DNA of 64,000 bases from Phoronis australis (taxonomy: Eukaryota > Animalia > Phoronida): NCBI GenBank assembly GCA_002633005.1, contig NMRA01000065.1, forward strand, positions 545,985 to 609,984. Direction: 5' to 3'. A program made the position numbers and the translations under genes. Positions 38,401-50,532 of this stretch are shown here, in pieces; positions within the stretch are counted from its first letter, which is position 1; each line of letters opens with the position of its first letter. Under the pieces are notes generated by a model, which saw only the letters and a program-made list of their open reading frames with translations, did no database searches and was not told the origin of the DNA.

Positions 38401-38880
38401 TGAGGCAAGATTTTTTATTGCTCAGTCATTAAGACTAACTCTTTACTGTATGTTCAAAACGTCACATTAGGCCACAAGGTGTTTTATGGCAGTAAGAAGG
38501 TCACAAAAATGGCCACTAAAATTAGCCCCAAAAAGTGGTCTGTGGATTATCTCCCCTGTCTAGCACAAAACTGTCAGATTTTAATAAATGGCACAGAATT
38601 ATGTACAGTATACGTTGGTTATTTCAGTCACCAAAATATAGCTTTTGATCTATTTTGTATGTTACTCATTTTTGTTGCTGAAAACATGCGATTTTTGAGA
38701 CGGCTAATATGCCCAATTGTGCCAATTTGTGTTATCATGCTCCAGCGGCGAAATTAGGATTGAGCTTAATTGTCATTTCAGAAATAAACAACGAGCATTT
38801 ATAATGGAAATGTAACTACGTCACACGGTGATTTGGCAAATTGTCTACAGAAATAACAAGTTTAATCCTTCTACAGTGCT
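35411..38880 (-). mobile_element. Decayed Sola3-like DNA transposon (right end approximate)
   Basis: TTAA|GAG left terminus; long diverged TIRs (AATAAAAAATCTTGCCTC about 35878 versus GAGGCAAGATTTTTTATT about 38402); internal transposase remnant. Confidence 0.5.
36780..37790 (-). pseudogene. DDE transposase remnant of the SDNAGCYH type with C2H2 finger
   Basis: 'SGNAGCYHSAP', 'RYDFSESQNGKDLCDRKIAPLK', 'DLKEALLSSG', 'FPCTQQGYSKFF..AELGQHLDVGNH', 'SQIGGFF', with frameshifts. Confidence 0.75.
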
Positions 38881-39329
38881 ATAATCTGTAATATTAGGTA
38901 TTTGTAGAGATACATTAAGAAATCATCTTATTCTTGGTGACTCGTATAACGAGCAATCGATAACGCAGCTCACGCTTCAAATCATAGGCGGATCCAGTGG
39001 GTTCAAGGGGTCCGGACCCCTTTTTTCCCTTGATTTTCGTGATATCAAATCTAGAATTTTCAAATTGTTGACTTCGACCCCCCTTTGAAAGATCCTTGAT
39101 CCGAACCCTCTTTAAAAAATTCTGGAATCGCTCCTGTTAGTTTGAGTTACAACATATATACATAATCGTTCATCTACAGGAATATTTTCACCGCAACCAG
39201 TTTCTACAATAGGCAAGAGTTCCAGCCTTAGTTGGACCAATGGGGGGGGGCTAGGAACCTGACAAATTAATCTTAAAGTAATGTCCAGTTGAATATTCGT
39301 GTTCAAATAAAATATGAGCTCTCAGGTTC

Positions 39330-39865
39330 GGTTTGACTAGTAGTCCCTACATTTTTGTGCGTTCAAACATTTTGTTTTTGCTGGCGGAGCACCAGTATCA
39401 TTCAACAGGATTTCGACATTATATGTCCATCACTTTCGAACAACATGGCAAACCTATAAGATATCCATTTTTGTAATTCCATCGTTACTTAAGGTAACAA
39501 GCTTGTTCTAAAGTCGCATCATATTTAATTATCATGTATTGCCCGTAGAATTCCACCCCCGCGTATTTCCACTAACGCCATGAATATAACTGTGTAAAGC
39601 TATTTACTACTAAATAAAAAACACATAGTTCTATTTCAAATGTTTTCAGAGTCATTGTAATCTTCATATCCCCAAACAGAAGAAGTATAATCCAAAACTG
39701 GTGGTACATAAGAATCAAATAAAATTTTAAGATTTAGGAAACTTTTTGTTCTTTCGAAAACCTGAGCATATCTTGCGTAACGCTCGTCCCGAAACTTCGG
39801 CCAATGTAGAAGCGTTTTCTCTGAAATCGAGATATTCACCAAGAATAACCCTAAGTATTTATTTG
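39330..39865 (-). mobile_element. LINE reverse-transcriptase 3' fragment
   Basis: 'KYLGLF', 'LFDSYVPPVLDYTSSVWGY...ENI*NR', with stops and frameshifts. Confidence 0.7.
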
Positions 39866-40070
39866 GTGATTCCTATTGAGCACATGAATTTCAGTGCTTT
39901 AGTGGGGCGTAAGCGCACGTAGGCGCAGCCAACCACCTTTTGGCATTTGAACGTAGCCCCTGCGCACCATAAGTTACGTTCAGTGCACAATGTGATACGA
40001 TGGGCTTTGGACGCCTACTTACCCCTAATTTTACCACAGCAGCACTGATGAATTTTATTTTTTATTTTAA

Positions 40071-40590
40071 AGAGGCCTGGAACGCGATAAATAGATTAAA
40101 TTGCGGCAAATTTAAAGTGGTTCTCTGCCACCGAAACAGAATTCAACCTGCTCACCAGGTTTTTTAGGATTTGTTCGTAAAGATTTTCAATTTTTGTTGA
40201 TATCAAAGCATTTTCTTTTAGTTTCAAAATTTCAAAAAAGAACGTCGACATTTCTCTCACAAGGCAAAGCACATCTCCTTATTTAGTATTGGCAAGATAC
40301 ACACGTAGCACATTTCCCTCCTATGGAAAATGTAAACCTTTGACATCAAGCAATCCAAGCAACTGACTGTGAGCGCATGCGCGCATTTATCATAAGTGGG
40401 AGGGAGATTAGAAACACTTTGGTAACCACAGAGTTTTTCCTTCTCACGTATTTCAAAAATCGTGAATTTTGTGATTTTTTTTCTGGAAATTTCCTTACAG
40501 GGGAAAGCGAATTACTTTGTACTAGACGTTGCGATATGGTCAGGAGTTGTTTAAAAGATATTTTGACGAGCTTTCACGTTCCTTGCCTCT
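40071..40590. mobile_element. Possible Kolobok-type MITE
   Basis: TTAA|AGAGGCCTGGAACGCG ... CACGTTCCTTGCCTCT|TTAA (13/16 TIR match, TTAA on both sides). Confidence 0.5.
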
Positions 40591-41330
40591 TTAAATTTGA
40601 AACGTTTTCAGTCAGTAGGTTTGGTCCTGAAATGAGCAACACTTCTTGTGAGCGTGTTAACATTTTATGCACCAGGTATTTCAATAATTAAAACAAAAAT
40701 AACAAATTACCTCACGTATGCTCGGATTTGCTTATAAAGTAACAGCAATACGAGTGAATGAAATGTTCGTTTGAAGCTGATGTGCATACTTGTGTATTTA
40801 GGCCCGTCCTTTTACATGTGAAGCTGTAACTACATCCGGAATTATTCGCAGCAAATTTCTTTGAATATTATCCTGGTCAATTTTGACATATCCGTCTGAA
40901 AATTATAGGTTGAGCCAGTCCACCCAGAATTTGACCGCTTCACTTCAAACGCAATTTATTCTCTCCAGCTCCAACTGAATCAGAATTCTCTTGTCTAGGA
41001 TACCTTTAACACCATTGGTATCGTTTTATCAGAAGGCGTCACTTAGATTGTAAGTAAATAATTTCGAAGATTAATGGTACAAACCCTATGTTAAATCCTT
41101 TTTATTTGCTTTGGAATTCGTTTTGACTTAACTCGCTTGCGTTGAAATTCCTTACAAAATGCCAGTCATCCGTTTATCCTCCGCAGATATGTTATGGAAA
41201 CGACGGATTGTAGTAGCTGCGTATAAACACTTTTAGCAAGGTGGCATAAACTGTTCTGCATCACGTGATTTGGCTAGCGGGCTTTAGAGACCTTGAAATT
41301 TCTTGTACAGTACAAATTCGACACAGCAAT

Positions 41331-42533
41331 CAGGGGCGGATCCAGGATTTTGAGTTAGGGGAGGGGGGGACAGAGTATTAGCCAGGATTTTGCCCGTCAG
41401 ACATTTGCACCACAGAAATGCCAAATGGGAGGATTTTAGGGGAGGGCACCTCCCCCTTTGGCCCCCTCTGAATTCGCCACTGGCAATTTCAATTGAGATA
41501 CTTCTGCGGCTCCCTCGCCGAAATTCGTTCCCTCTCGATCTCCGCTGCCTTCCATGGGTAATTGAAAAGGAACCAAACGGGAGATCTTTTTCAGATAGTA
41601 CACATAAGATGTGGGTAAAGTATTGGATACTCTCTCGAGTAATCCCACGTGAAAATTGACGTGACGTACATGTATAATGAATAATCAGCGACTCCACACT
41701 AGTTTGCCAAAATACTTTATTTAACGTAAATACCACTGTTGAACAACAAAAAGGCGATAACTCACAAACTGACAAATGTAAACGAGAAAGCACGATAGCT
41801 GTCTATGACTAAGTGAGATCGAGAAGAGGAGGGGAAAGCTTTCAACCCCCGATATATAGTGGAAGGCATATTATAGTACATCTGTGTTTCCGTGTCAAAT
41901 CTTGTCAAACTACGGTTCACTCTAATGACAATATCAGAATTAAAGTCCAAAGACATGTAATGGTTGTTAATGGCTTCCTTCCATGTATTGTGGTGAACTG
42001 ACACGGCTAAACCTGTCTTTGACGTAATTCTACATATTGCTGAACATTCAGTGTAACATATTGGCGCTACGTCATCTTCAACTTATTCATAATATAAAGC
42101 CCAGGGCTGACATTTTGACATTGGATGCGAGTGAGGGAATGCCTTCTGTCACCTGTAACATACCGTGCTATAACATAATGTAACATACCGTGCTATAATA
42201 TAATGTAACATACCGTGCTATAACATAATGTAACATGTGGGGGGGGGGTGGCGAGCAAGGGTGTCATGGCGACCCTAAAATTCTCCCAGATACCATTTGG
42301 GAGGTCGTGTTGCATATTGCTGAGTAGCATATGCGCGCACCCAGGGGGTTCGGGGGCCGAATGTACAATGCATAGGCCTTGAACAAACCCCGTTTTCATA
42401 GTAATAAGGTCCACAAACCCAAAAATTCGCGATCGCTGCATCCCTACATTTTAGGCTGGACTCGCGCATGTGACGAAATTCTGGTTATTCCTGTGCCCTT
42501 CCCCCCTAATTCAAAATTCTGGATCCGCCCCTG
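41331..42533. mobile_element. Segment bounded by ~30-bp TIRs (CAGGGGCGGATCCAG family MITE or composite)
   Basis: CAGGGGCGGATCCAGGATTTTGAGTTAGGGG versus CCCCTAATTCAAAATTCTGGATCCGCCCCTG (2 mismatches). No TSD seen, so these could be two independent ends. Confidence 0.6.
42155..42236. repeat. 25-bp tandem repeat, about 3.3 copies
   Basis: GTAACATACCGTGCTATAACATAAT units. Confidence 0.9.
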
Positions 42534-42973
42534 GTTCATCGAAAATATCTAAGCAATACTCTTTTTTGTTTACACCACAAATTACAACACAATTTGAGAG
42601 ACTCCATGAGAAAGACGCTGACGTATACTGTCTCCATTTTTGTAAGGTTATCTGTTAATTTGAGAAGTACGCAATATAATCAAAGTCTAATGCTTTTGGT
42701 ACAGTACATGTATAGAAAGGACTTCCATGGACGTCGATCAACGTTTAGCAAACATTTACTATGACCTTTCTTAATAGTTGCGTGTTCACTGTTGGAAAGT
42801 TATAATCACTAAACATTTCACGTAGGACATGGGTGAAGCGGGCTAAAACCTGTGACGACTGACGACGGCTGTGGCCGCAGCGGATGTATTGAATAACCGA
42901 GGCTGTCCAATTTTCTAGATAGTGCACACTATGGAGGTATCAAGCGTACACTCACCTTTTAATAATACAGCAC

Positions 42974-45223
42974 TTAAGAGGAAACGTTAGATACAAATCG
43001 ATTGTCTCTGAACTTCATCAAAACAGCAACTCCAACAGCTGCCAAAAAAGAGAGACCCAAACAAGTTAAGCATACGTACAGTCCTATGCGAATCTCGAAG
43101 CAGTCATTTAAAACTGATTTGACACTGGCAAATGGAGTTTCTTGCGTTTCTTGCACCGTCCCTTTGACATTGCCAGCTTCACATTGAATTTGTCCGCCAT
43201 TTTGTTTGCTAGCGCCGTTGGACAGAGAAAGGCGCAAAGATGCGACGGTCAACAACTGAGATTTGTCACGTGGTGGGTTAGCGATGGAGTTTCCCTGAGG
43301 TGATGATAACTTGACAGTTGGTGCGGGGTCCCCATGAGACGAACATGTAATTGTCAAGTCGTCACCTTCAACAAAAAAGGTAACATTTGGTTCTGAGGGA
43401 TTAGTGCAGGTAAGAGAAACGTTGAAGAAATCTCGATTTTTGTATTGCCGGGGTGTGCTACAAGCCGGTTTACTAATGTATCTAAAGCCTATGTTCCCAT
43501 GATTTGCAGACAACCATGATTGGAACTTAAATAAATCACAGTTGCAGTGGAAAGGATTATTGACGAGATCTAACGTCGAAATACTTGAGCCTGATTTCAT
43601 TGCATCTTCAAGAAGTGATTTTGGCAATTTCTGCAATTGGTTATGGTTGATTAAAAGAGTGTTAAGGATATTTTGTCGGGGCAAAAAATTCTCCCCTATC
43701 TCACGCAGCTGGTTGTGGTTCAGTTCAAGATGGACCAATTCCGTGAGATCTCTGAAACTGTCTTCTTCAATCTCCTCGATTTTGTTAAAAGCGATATACA
43801 GAAAACCGGGGGACGACAGTCCTTTGAACATCATCGCATCTATTCGACCAAGATTGTTGTGATCTATCAATAATTCTCTCAGTGAGCGTAGAAGTTCAAA
43901 TGTGCCTTCTTCAATGATTTCTAATCTGTTGTAATTCACCGTCAATGATCGGAGATTTGACAGTCCAACAAACATTTTTCTTGACAGTCGAGTAATATTA
44001 TTACGCTTAAAAGTAAGAAGTTCCATATCAGTATATGCCAGAAAATTGAAACAACCCTCTTCTATTTGCATAAAGTTATTGTTTGACAAATCGAGCCCAA
44101 CGGTAAATATGTTTTTCGTTATTTTAGCGGAAATAGTGTGGGTTGACTTTTTTAAATCTTTCAGCCTCACAACAAGTCTTGCAGCTACTTGGTTAACAAT
44201 TCCCTTGTCGCCGATTGAGTGGAAACTAATTGTCAAGGACTCCGCTGATATTCTTGGAGTTTGAGTTAATGACCAAATTTCCAGCGCTACCTCTTTTAGA
44301 CGTGTACAAGGGTCGAAGGCATCCTCTTCTATAACTGTTAATTCCGTTGCCATAACTGTTAAAATCTCAAGATCCCCAAACTTAAGAAATTGACGGCCGT
44401 TGAATGTGGTTATGTTGTTGCCTCTTAGATCAAGACGTAGGAGGTTATGAAGCGAAGAGAAGGCATCGAACTCAATAATACTAATCTTGTTGTTGCCCAA
44501 ATTGAGGACTCGCAGGGAACCTAACCCTTTAAGTGTCCAGGAGGTCAGGATTGTGAGCAGATTATAAGACAGTTCTAAAGTTGTTAATGACTTGGTGGAT
44601 GACCACTGACCATTAATGCGAGAAATCAAGTTGTTACCAAAATACAAGACGGTCAAGGAACCGAGTCCAGACAATAGTTGCTCTTCTATCGCGGTCAGGC
44701 GATTATACCTCAAGTTAAGTTCCGATAACAACGGCAAGTGGAGGAACGAAAACCCGTCTATGTGAGTAATGAGATTTTTACCAAGATCTAGGTGACGAAG
44801 ATTGTGAAGATCTTTAAAATTCTGAGACTCAATTCTTTGTATTTTGTTGTCTTGCAGGGAAAGATATTCTAGAGAACTTAAATTCCTGAAGGGTGATCCA
44901 ATCAACTGGGCGATTAGATTCCGGTCGAAATTCATTGATTCTACCTTTGTAAGTCCGTCCAGGATACCTTCATCCAGAGTCGTTATTTTGTTCGTTTGAA
45001 GCCTTAGAAATCGAATCAAGCTCGATCCATTAAAACGGAAAGCGTCTTCACCGATACTGCCAATTCCACAGTAACCAAAGTTAACGTCGTCCCCTGGAAG
45101 ACTTCGAACAACATCCTTGGTAAGAATGGAAATTTTCGCATCTAGTCCAAGTATACAGGTTCTGAATGGCACCCCCTGGTGAATTGTTACCAGAAACACC
45201 AGCAGCACGTTCAGTATAAGCAT
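42974..45223 (-). CDS. Intronless type I membrane protein: signal peptide, LRR array, LRRCT, Ig-like domain, TM helix, short tail (LIG-type LRR receptor), 749 aa
   Basis: Many 24-aa LxxLxLxxNxI repeats; LRRCT 'NPFHCNCDLFKFQSWL...PACSTP...LTC'; Ig 'EGDDLTITCSSHGDPAP...QCEAGN'; TM 'IGLYVCLTCLGLSFLAAVGVAVLM'; tail KFRDNRFVSNVSS. Confidence 0.92.
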   Translation of the reverse strand: MLILNVLLVFLVTIHQGVPFRTCILGLDAKISILTKDVVRSLPGDDVNFGYCGIGSIGEDAFRFNGSSLIRFLRLQTNKITTLDEGILDGLTKVESMNFDRNLIAQLIGSPFRNLSSLEYLSLQDNKIQRIESQNFKDLHNLRHLDLGKNLITHIDGFSFLHLPLLSELNLRYNRLTAIEEQLLSGLGSLTVLYFGNNLISRINGQWSSTKSLTTLELSYNLLTILTSWTLKGLGSLRVLNLGNNKISIIEFDAFSSLHNLLRLDLRGNNITTFNGRQFLKFGDLEILTVMATELTVIEEDAFDPCTRLKEVALEIWSLTQTPRISAESLTISFHSIGDKGIVNQVAARLVVRLKDLKKSTHTISAKITKNIFTVGLDLSNNNFMQIEEGCFNFLAYTDMELLTFKRNNITRLSRKMFVGLSNLRSLTVNYNRLEIIEEGTFELLRSLRELLIDHNNLGRIDAMMFKGLSSPGFLYIAFNKIEEIEEDSFRDLTELVHLELNHNQLREIGENFLPRQNILNTLLINHNQLQKLPKSLLEDAMKSGSSISTLDLVNNPFHCNCDLFKFQSWLSANHGNIGFRYISKPACSTPRQYKNRDFFNVSLTCTNPSEPNVTFFVEGDDLTITCSSHGDPAPTVKLSSPQGNSIANPPRDKSQLLTVASLRLSLSNGASKQNGGQIQCEAGNVKGTVQETQETPFASVKSVLNDCFEIRIGLYVCLTCLGLSFLAAVGVAVLMKFRDNRFVSNVSS

Positions 45224-48200
45224 TGTAAACTTTAAAGCGAGTCTTCTTTATGTACTCTCTTACGACTGTTTGAAACTTGTTTGTACGATGTTGAAATCCC
45301 TCTTAAATACACGCGGCGCAAGTGAACGACGAGACTCTAAAGCAAATTGTATTTCTAGATGTACTCGCGATTGATAAGTGTGCGTTGTGATTCGTCAATA
45401 CAGCGCGCTGCTGCTAAGGCGAGATGGTTTTGTTTTTTTTCTGGAAAGCAATCGTGACTGGCTGTACGAAGAAACACGAACTGAAACGGAAATGAAAAAT
45501 AACGAAGGGTTCTGATACTTGCGTTAAATCTGAAACCCGAGGTAATTTCCCTTGATTAGTTACGAACGGTGTAGGTCATAGTCCATTCAACACTAGGAAG
45601 CCTAGGAAATCACTTCCGTGGCTACTTTTAGGGGGCAATATAATTTTGGCGGTTTTTGTGTCATTAAGTGATATACTTTAAGAACCTAAAATGTTCCCAA
45701 GGTTTGACTTGCACGTTTCCGAAAATTTTTACCTAAAATTTGACATTTTCAAAATTTGAAATAGAAACCCATTCTTTAAAAACCTAGAACACTGAGCAAA
45801 AACTAAATGATAATTCGATTTGGCTTTGTTCATTGGAAGTTGATAGAAAAAAATGTGATAACTATTATAAAATAAGTTGAAAAAGTGTTAAACAGGAAAT
45901 AATAAAACATTTTTTTCCAGCGCCCTGTTGGTCGAAAAACTCACTATTGTATCCTGAGCTCATATCAAAAGAACAACATTTCTAACCATTTGGAACTTGA
46001 AAAATTGGTTGAATACATGACTCTTGTCGTTTTTAACAATCTTTATTCCGTTCCGTTTGTATCCTCAGAACAAAGTTGAACACTCAGCAGAACATTGGTA
46101 AAGCAACTGACCGAGTGACATGATTAAAAGACACGATATTCCGAAATATACTTGTTTCATTCTCAATTGGAAATAAAACGACGCGGTAATACCACCACAG
46201 AGCAAATACATGTACCTTTGCACCTAATTGCTTTACCATTAACCCATTGTTTATACAAACAGTTTACAAGGACCTCCTTGTTTTTGCCACAAGACAAAAG
46301 CTTCTTAAACTACATTACAATTTTCTGACATCAGGATGGGTAAATTTATTTTGTCAAATTTCTCAGAAAACTAAACCTTAAGAAAAATGAGCATCACTAC
46401 CACCACTGTGCAACTGTCATTGAACAACACATGTTAAACTTTTGAGCATCTATAGTTCAGACTTTGGAAAATAGAAGAACGTCATTTTAGCAATAGCTAT
46501 GTGAAATTAAAAAAACGTTTACAGAACCACAAAAGTTTCCGACGCGTCCTGTTTTGGAGGGTGCGTAACTTGAATAATATACGTTTTCCAGTCCACGCTA
46601 AAAAATCAAAGTTCGGTATATTCTCCAAAATTTGAGACACCAAAATCTGAGCTAAAATTGAATTTTCTTGATTGTGGACTTTGGAGAACGGGCGATTTTT
46701 GCCTTTTTTCTATTTCATGAATTCCAAAATACTTCGTTTATCATAACATGGTCAGAAAATAGACTTGGAAGTTCATAAACTGCAGTACTGATCACTTACC
46801 CGTTAACAAAAAACTGCCGCCAGTGCCCAAGTTGAGTTTGGGACGGCCAACTGTGTGCAAATTTTCCAAGTAAGGAACCTCTAGAAAAAATTAAATTTTC
46901 TGTTTTCAAAACAAAAGGTCCTTAACAGTAATTCATAGTCTATTCAACTGAGGTACTTATCAGTGAATGTTTCAAAGTTGGAAAACTTTTCATATTTCCT
47001 GTTCTTTATGTGGTTTTCTGTAAGTTGTAACCCACATCGTTTTCTGACAAATGATACATTCTGGAGGCAGCACGTGTCTCTGGAGGCAGCACATGTCTCT
47101 TTCTTTAAGCACTGTTAAACAGAAGTGACAACTTCCTTGGTTTTTTACTACACGTACTAGGCTTGATATTAACCCAATGTTTCCTTGATCAGCTTGTTCC
47201 TTTTTCTTTGTTTAAGAGGTATTTCACTTATCGTGACACCGGTAAATTTCTATAACACTCACTGTTTGTAATACATTAGTTCTGTTTTGTCACGCAAACT
47301 TAAAAACGTTTTCAACAATGAGGACTTCCTTGGAAAAATCATTGATTCAGGAACCAGATCGTGTCTGAAAATACCAGAAGCTCAGAATTATGAGCAGAGT
47401 CCTAGAATTGAAGGTAACAACGGGCAAAAATCTTGACACTCTGTTGCTGTGCCAATAATTCATGCCTTCATACAATAATTCATTTTCTCAGCAGTGTCAC
47501 AGCTGGCACGAAACTCCTGTTCGGTTTGAAAAGCACAATATGACCCAGGAAGCAAACATGTTAAAAATGGCACTGACACAATATTTTCCTGTCGTTTCAT
47601 TGGCTAACAAAATATTTGAGGCTTGTTTTTTCCAATTTTTAAACTAAGATTCTTACTAAAAGCGCAAATGTATTCTTGGGAACTTTGCTGAAAATGACCT
47701 TTGAACATCTGGAGAAGGATTTGATCTAAAGTTCCCGTTGCTTCCCTGAAGTAGCCATGGACATGAAAGATAAGAGGATTGTGAATATGGCCCAGTGGAG
47801 GAAATGGTATTAACATAAAAATCGAAGATTTTGAATGTCTTAAAAGAGTTTCCACCATGCATTTCCTTAATTTTTGAGGTTTCAGTAAGCTAATACGAAG
47901 TGAATATCATAAAATCTAACTAAAGAAGCATTTTTTATGCCAAATGTAAGCGATTTTTTTTAATTTTGAAGGAAAATTGTTATTTCCAAGTTTCCCTCCA
48001 AATGGTTGAATGGGTGGGAGACGTTTGGTCACTTGACTATCACTTGCAATGGCGGAACATAGGAGATCCGAAGACGAGGAATATTTTGAGGGAAAGCTGG
48101 AAAATTGCTATAAAGACAGAGAGGAGAGAGGATACGGGCATTAGATTCAAGTAATACAAGAATCAGAAAGCGAATTCGATTAGCAAACTTTCGTTGGCTT

Positions 48201-48409
48201 TGAAGCCACATGAACTCGACCCATATGCACGAGAAATGCCGCAGACATACGTGAGCCACTGAACCAAGGGGTGGTCAATATTCACAAAATAATCACTGAC
48301 AAATGCAACAGCAAACCTGGGTCACTCTTATTCACTATTGCCATGATGAAATGAGCACGGTCTAAACACAATACATAAGCCTACGTGTGGCCTCACTCGA
48401 TCTGGGCCG

Positions 48410-48717
48410 TGGTCGAGGGCCTGGCATCACTCGTCCTAGAATGGTAGCAGTTTGTTCGCTATTTACAAAACTTGGAGATACACTTACAAGGTGTCAAGTC
48501 CATCGTAACGCCGCTTTTGTGTTTGGTCGAACGATTCCTTGACTGAAATATGGCTCCCGACTGATCGTATGTCCCTCAATGTCATTCCACAATCTCGTAC
48601 GGCGCACAAACCGATGCCATTTCTGTGCACCTTTCACGTCTTTGGGAAATTCGAACACAGGGACATTCCAGGGACGTTCCCGGTCAAGTTGCAGCCTCCA
48701 CAAACGCACCTTTTCAT
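48410..48717 (-). pseudogene. THAP-domain remnant of the outer Kolobok
   Basis: 'MKRCVCGGCNLT..' then a frameshift into 'VFEFPKDVKGAQKWHRFVRRTR', and later 'SDARPS'. Confidence 0.75.
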
Positions 48718-50532
48718 GTCTGAAAAAGGCGGCTCTCCCCGAACTTTCCCGGGTCCCAACTCCTCACTTAAACGGCTAAGAAGGTCTTCCACCCATTATG
48801 TTCAACCCCAATAACAGAAAAATAGTTTTTTTACAAATTTTGGCTTTTTCTTAGCAACATGTAAACTAAAGGCTATTAAAGGCGAAGGCAACCTTTTCCA
48901 TGTCATTTTTAGCAAAAATAAGGTTCGTTGGTTATCCTAGACATATTTTTCACTTAATTACAGCTTTTCGTAATTTGATTAACTACTGGTGCTCTACTGC
49001 GGAAGTGACGTTTTGGGAGGCAAGAATTTCGCGCCAATTTCTGTTCATATAGTCTGACTGTGAGAGCTGTCCAGTCAGTCATTGCTCTACCTCGGTTGTG
49101 ATAAGTTCGGTCGTCGTTTGCTTTTGTTTACAAAGTTAGACAACATGCCACACTGTTGCTGCATAACGGGATGTACTCATTATCGTCTCACGCGCTTTGG
49201 GAATACCAGCTAGGCTTTGCATCGCTTTCCAAAGGATAACACACTTCGCCGAACTTGGCTCGCTCGTGTGAAGAACGCAGCGTTACCCGTCAACGCAACG
49301 TTCAAAGCAGTGGAGGGTTACCGAGTGTCTGTTCTGGCGCAGCCCGAGTCTTTTTCACCCCGAGTCTACTCCTACCGGCCACCCATTAATAAACAAATTC
49401 TCGTCTTTAACCCACTCATCCGGTTACAGGTGCAGTGCTCATAATGAAAGGGTTACATAACTAAGACGCGCCGTCATAGTGACTAATACCTTCAATCACA
49501 CTATTATTTTCTGACTCCTAATTTACCCCCAAATCCAAGTTTAGAGAAATTGCTTCATTGTGGTTACCAAAAGGCCAGTGCATACTCTCTTGATACACGT
49601 TAACATAAATTTAGAACCTACTAGAAGTGACAACGTGCCGATGTATGCTCACAAGTCGTTCTGTAAAAAATCTGTGACCCAATAACATAATTATGTGCTC
49701 AAACAAAGCCAAACTGAGCTCTTGCCTATAAATTTTGATTTTGATATTGGCATGACAACTTTTGGCTCGGTGCAGCAAAAAGTACATTTCGCTTGAATTT
49801 TGATTTTGCAAGTGATAATGTACTTTAAATGCTCTTCTGGGTCAATTAGCTACAGCCTACACGCATGGCTTCCTAATAACAATGAAACAACAAGGAGTAA
49901 AATCAGAACATCTTTTATCTTAGTAATGATTAATTTTTTTAAGTATTTCACGTCTCACATGTGTCATGATTATGAAACTACACTGAACTTGACAACTGTA
50001 GTTGTGTCATTCAGATACATGTACATGGATGTTACCTCAATGATTCATTTTCATCTACAGATCAAGACTTCCATCAAGTGTGAATCAGTTCAGGAGTTAA
50101 CTTTGCTTTTTAAGTTGTTTCAATTTTTATCACCATTAACGTTCAAGCTAAAAACGGCCAAACGAGTATCGTATAGTCTCAGAGCTCTATTTGACTCGGG
50201 CAGCGCCATGCGTAATAAGACAACTTAATTGGCAATATATTTTCATCCCAAAGTACAGTATTAATGTTCTACATATGTACAAATTGTTTACCCCGTTGAC
50301 TCTCATCTATTTGAACTAATATCACATCCGTAGTACGTCAATCCATTTCACTTGTTAATGTTACTAATCCATCAGTTTTCTATTGCAAGATTTAGCCTAA
50401 CTCAATGTAATTAAAGTAGTGGTGGTGGGAATTTTCATGCCTACCCTAGTGTTCATAGCTTTTGTCCTTACTTCATTACTTTTAGTCTATTCACACACTT
50501 GTATATACTTCTTTTTCTCTTGTTAGATAAGC

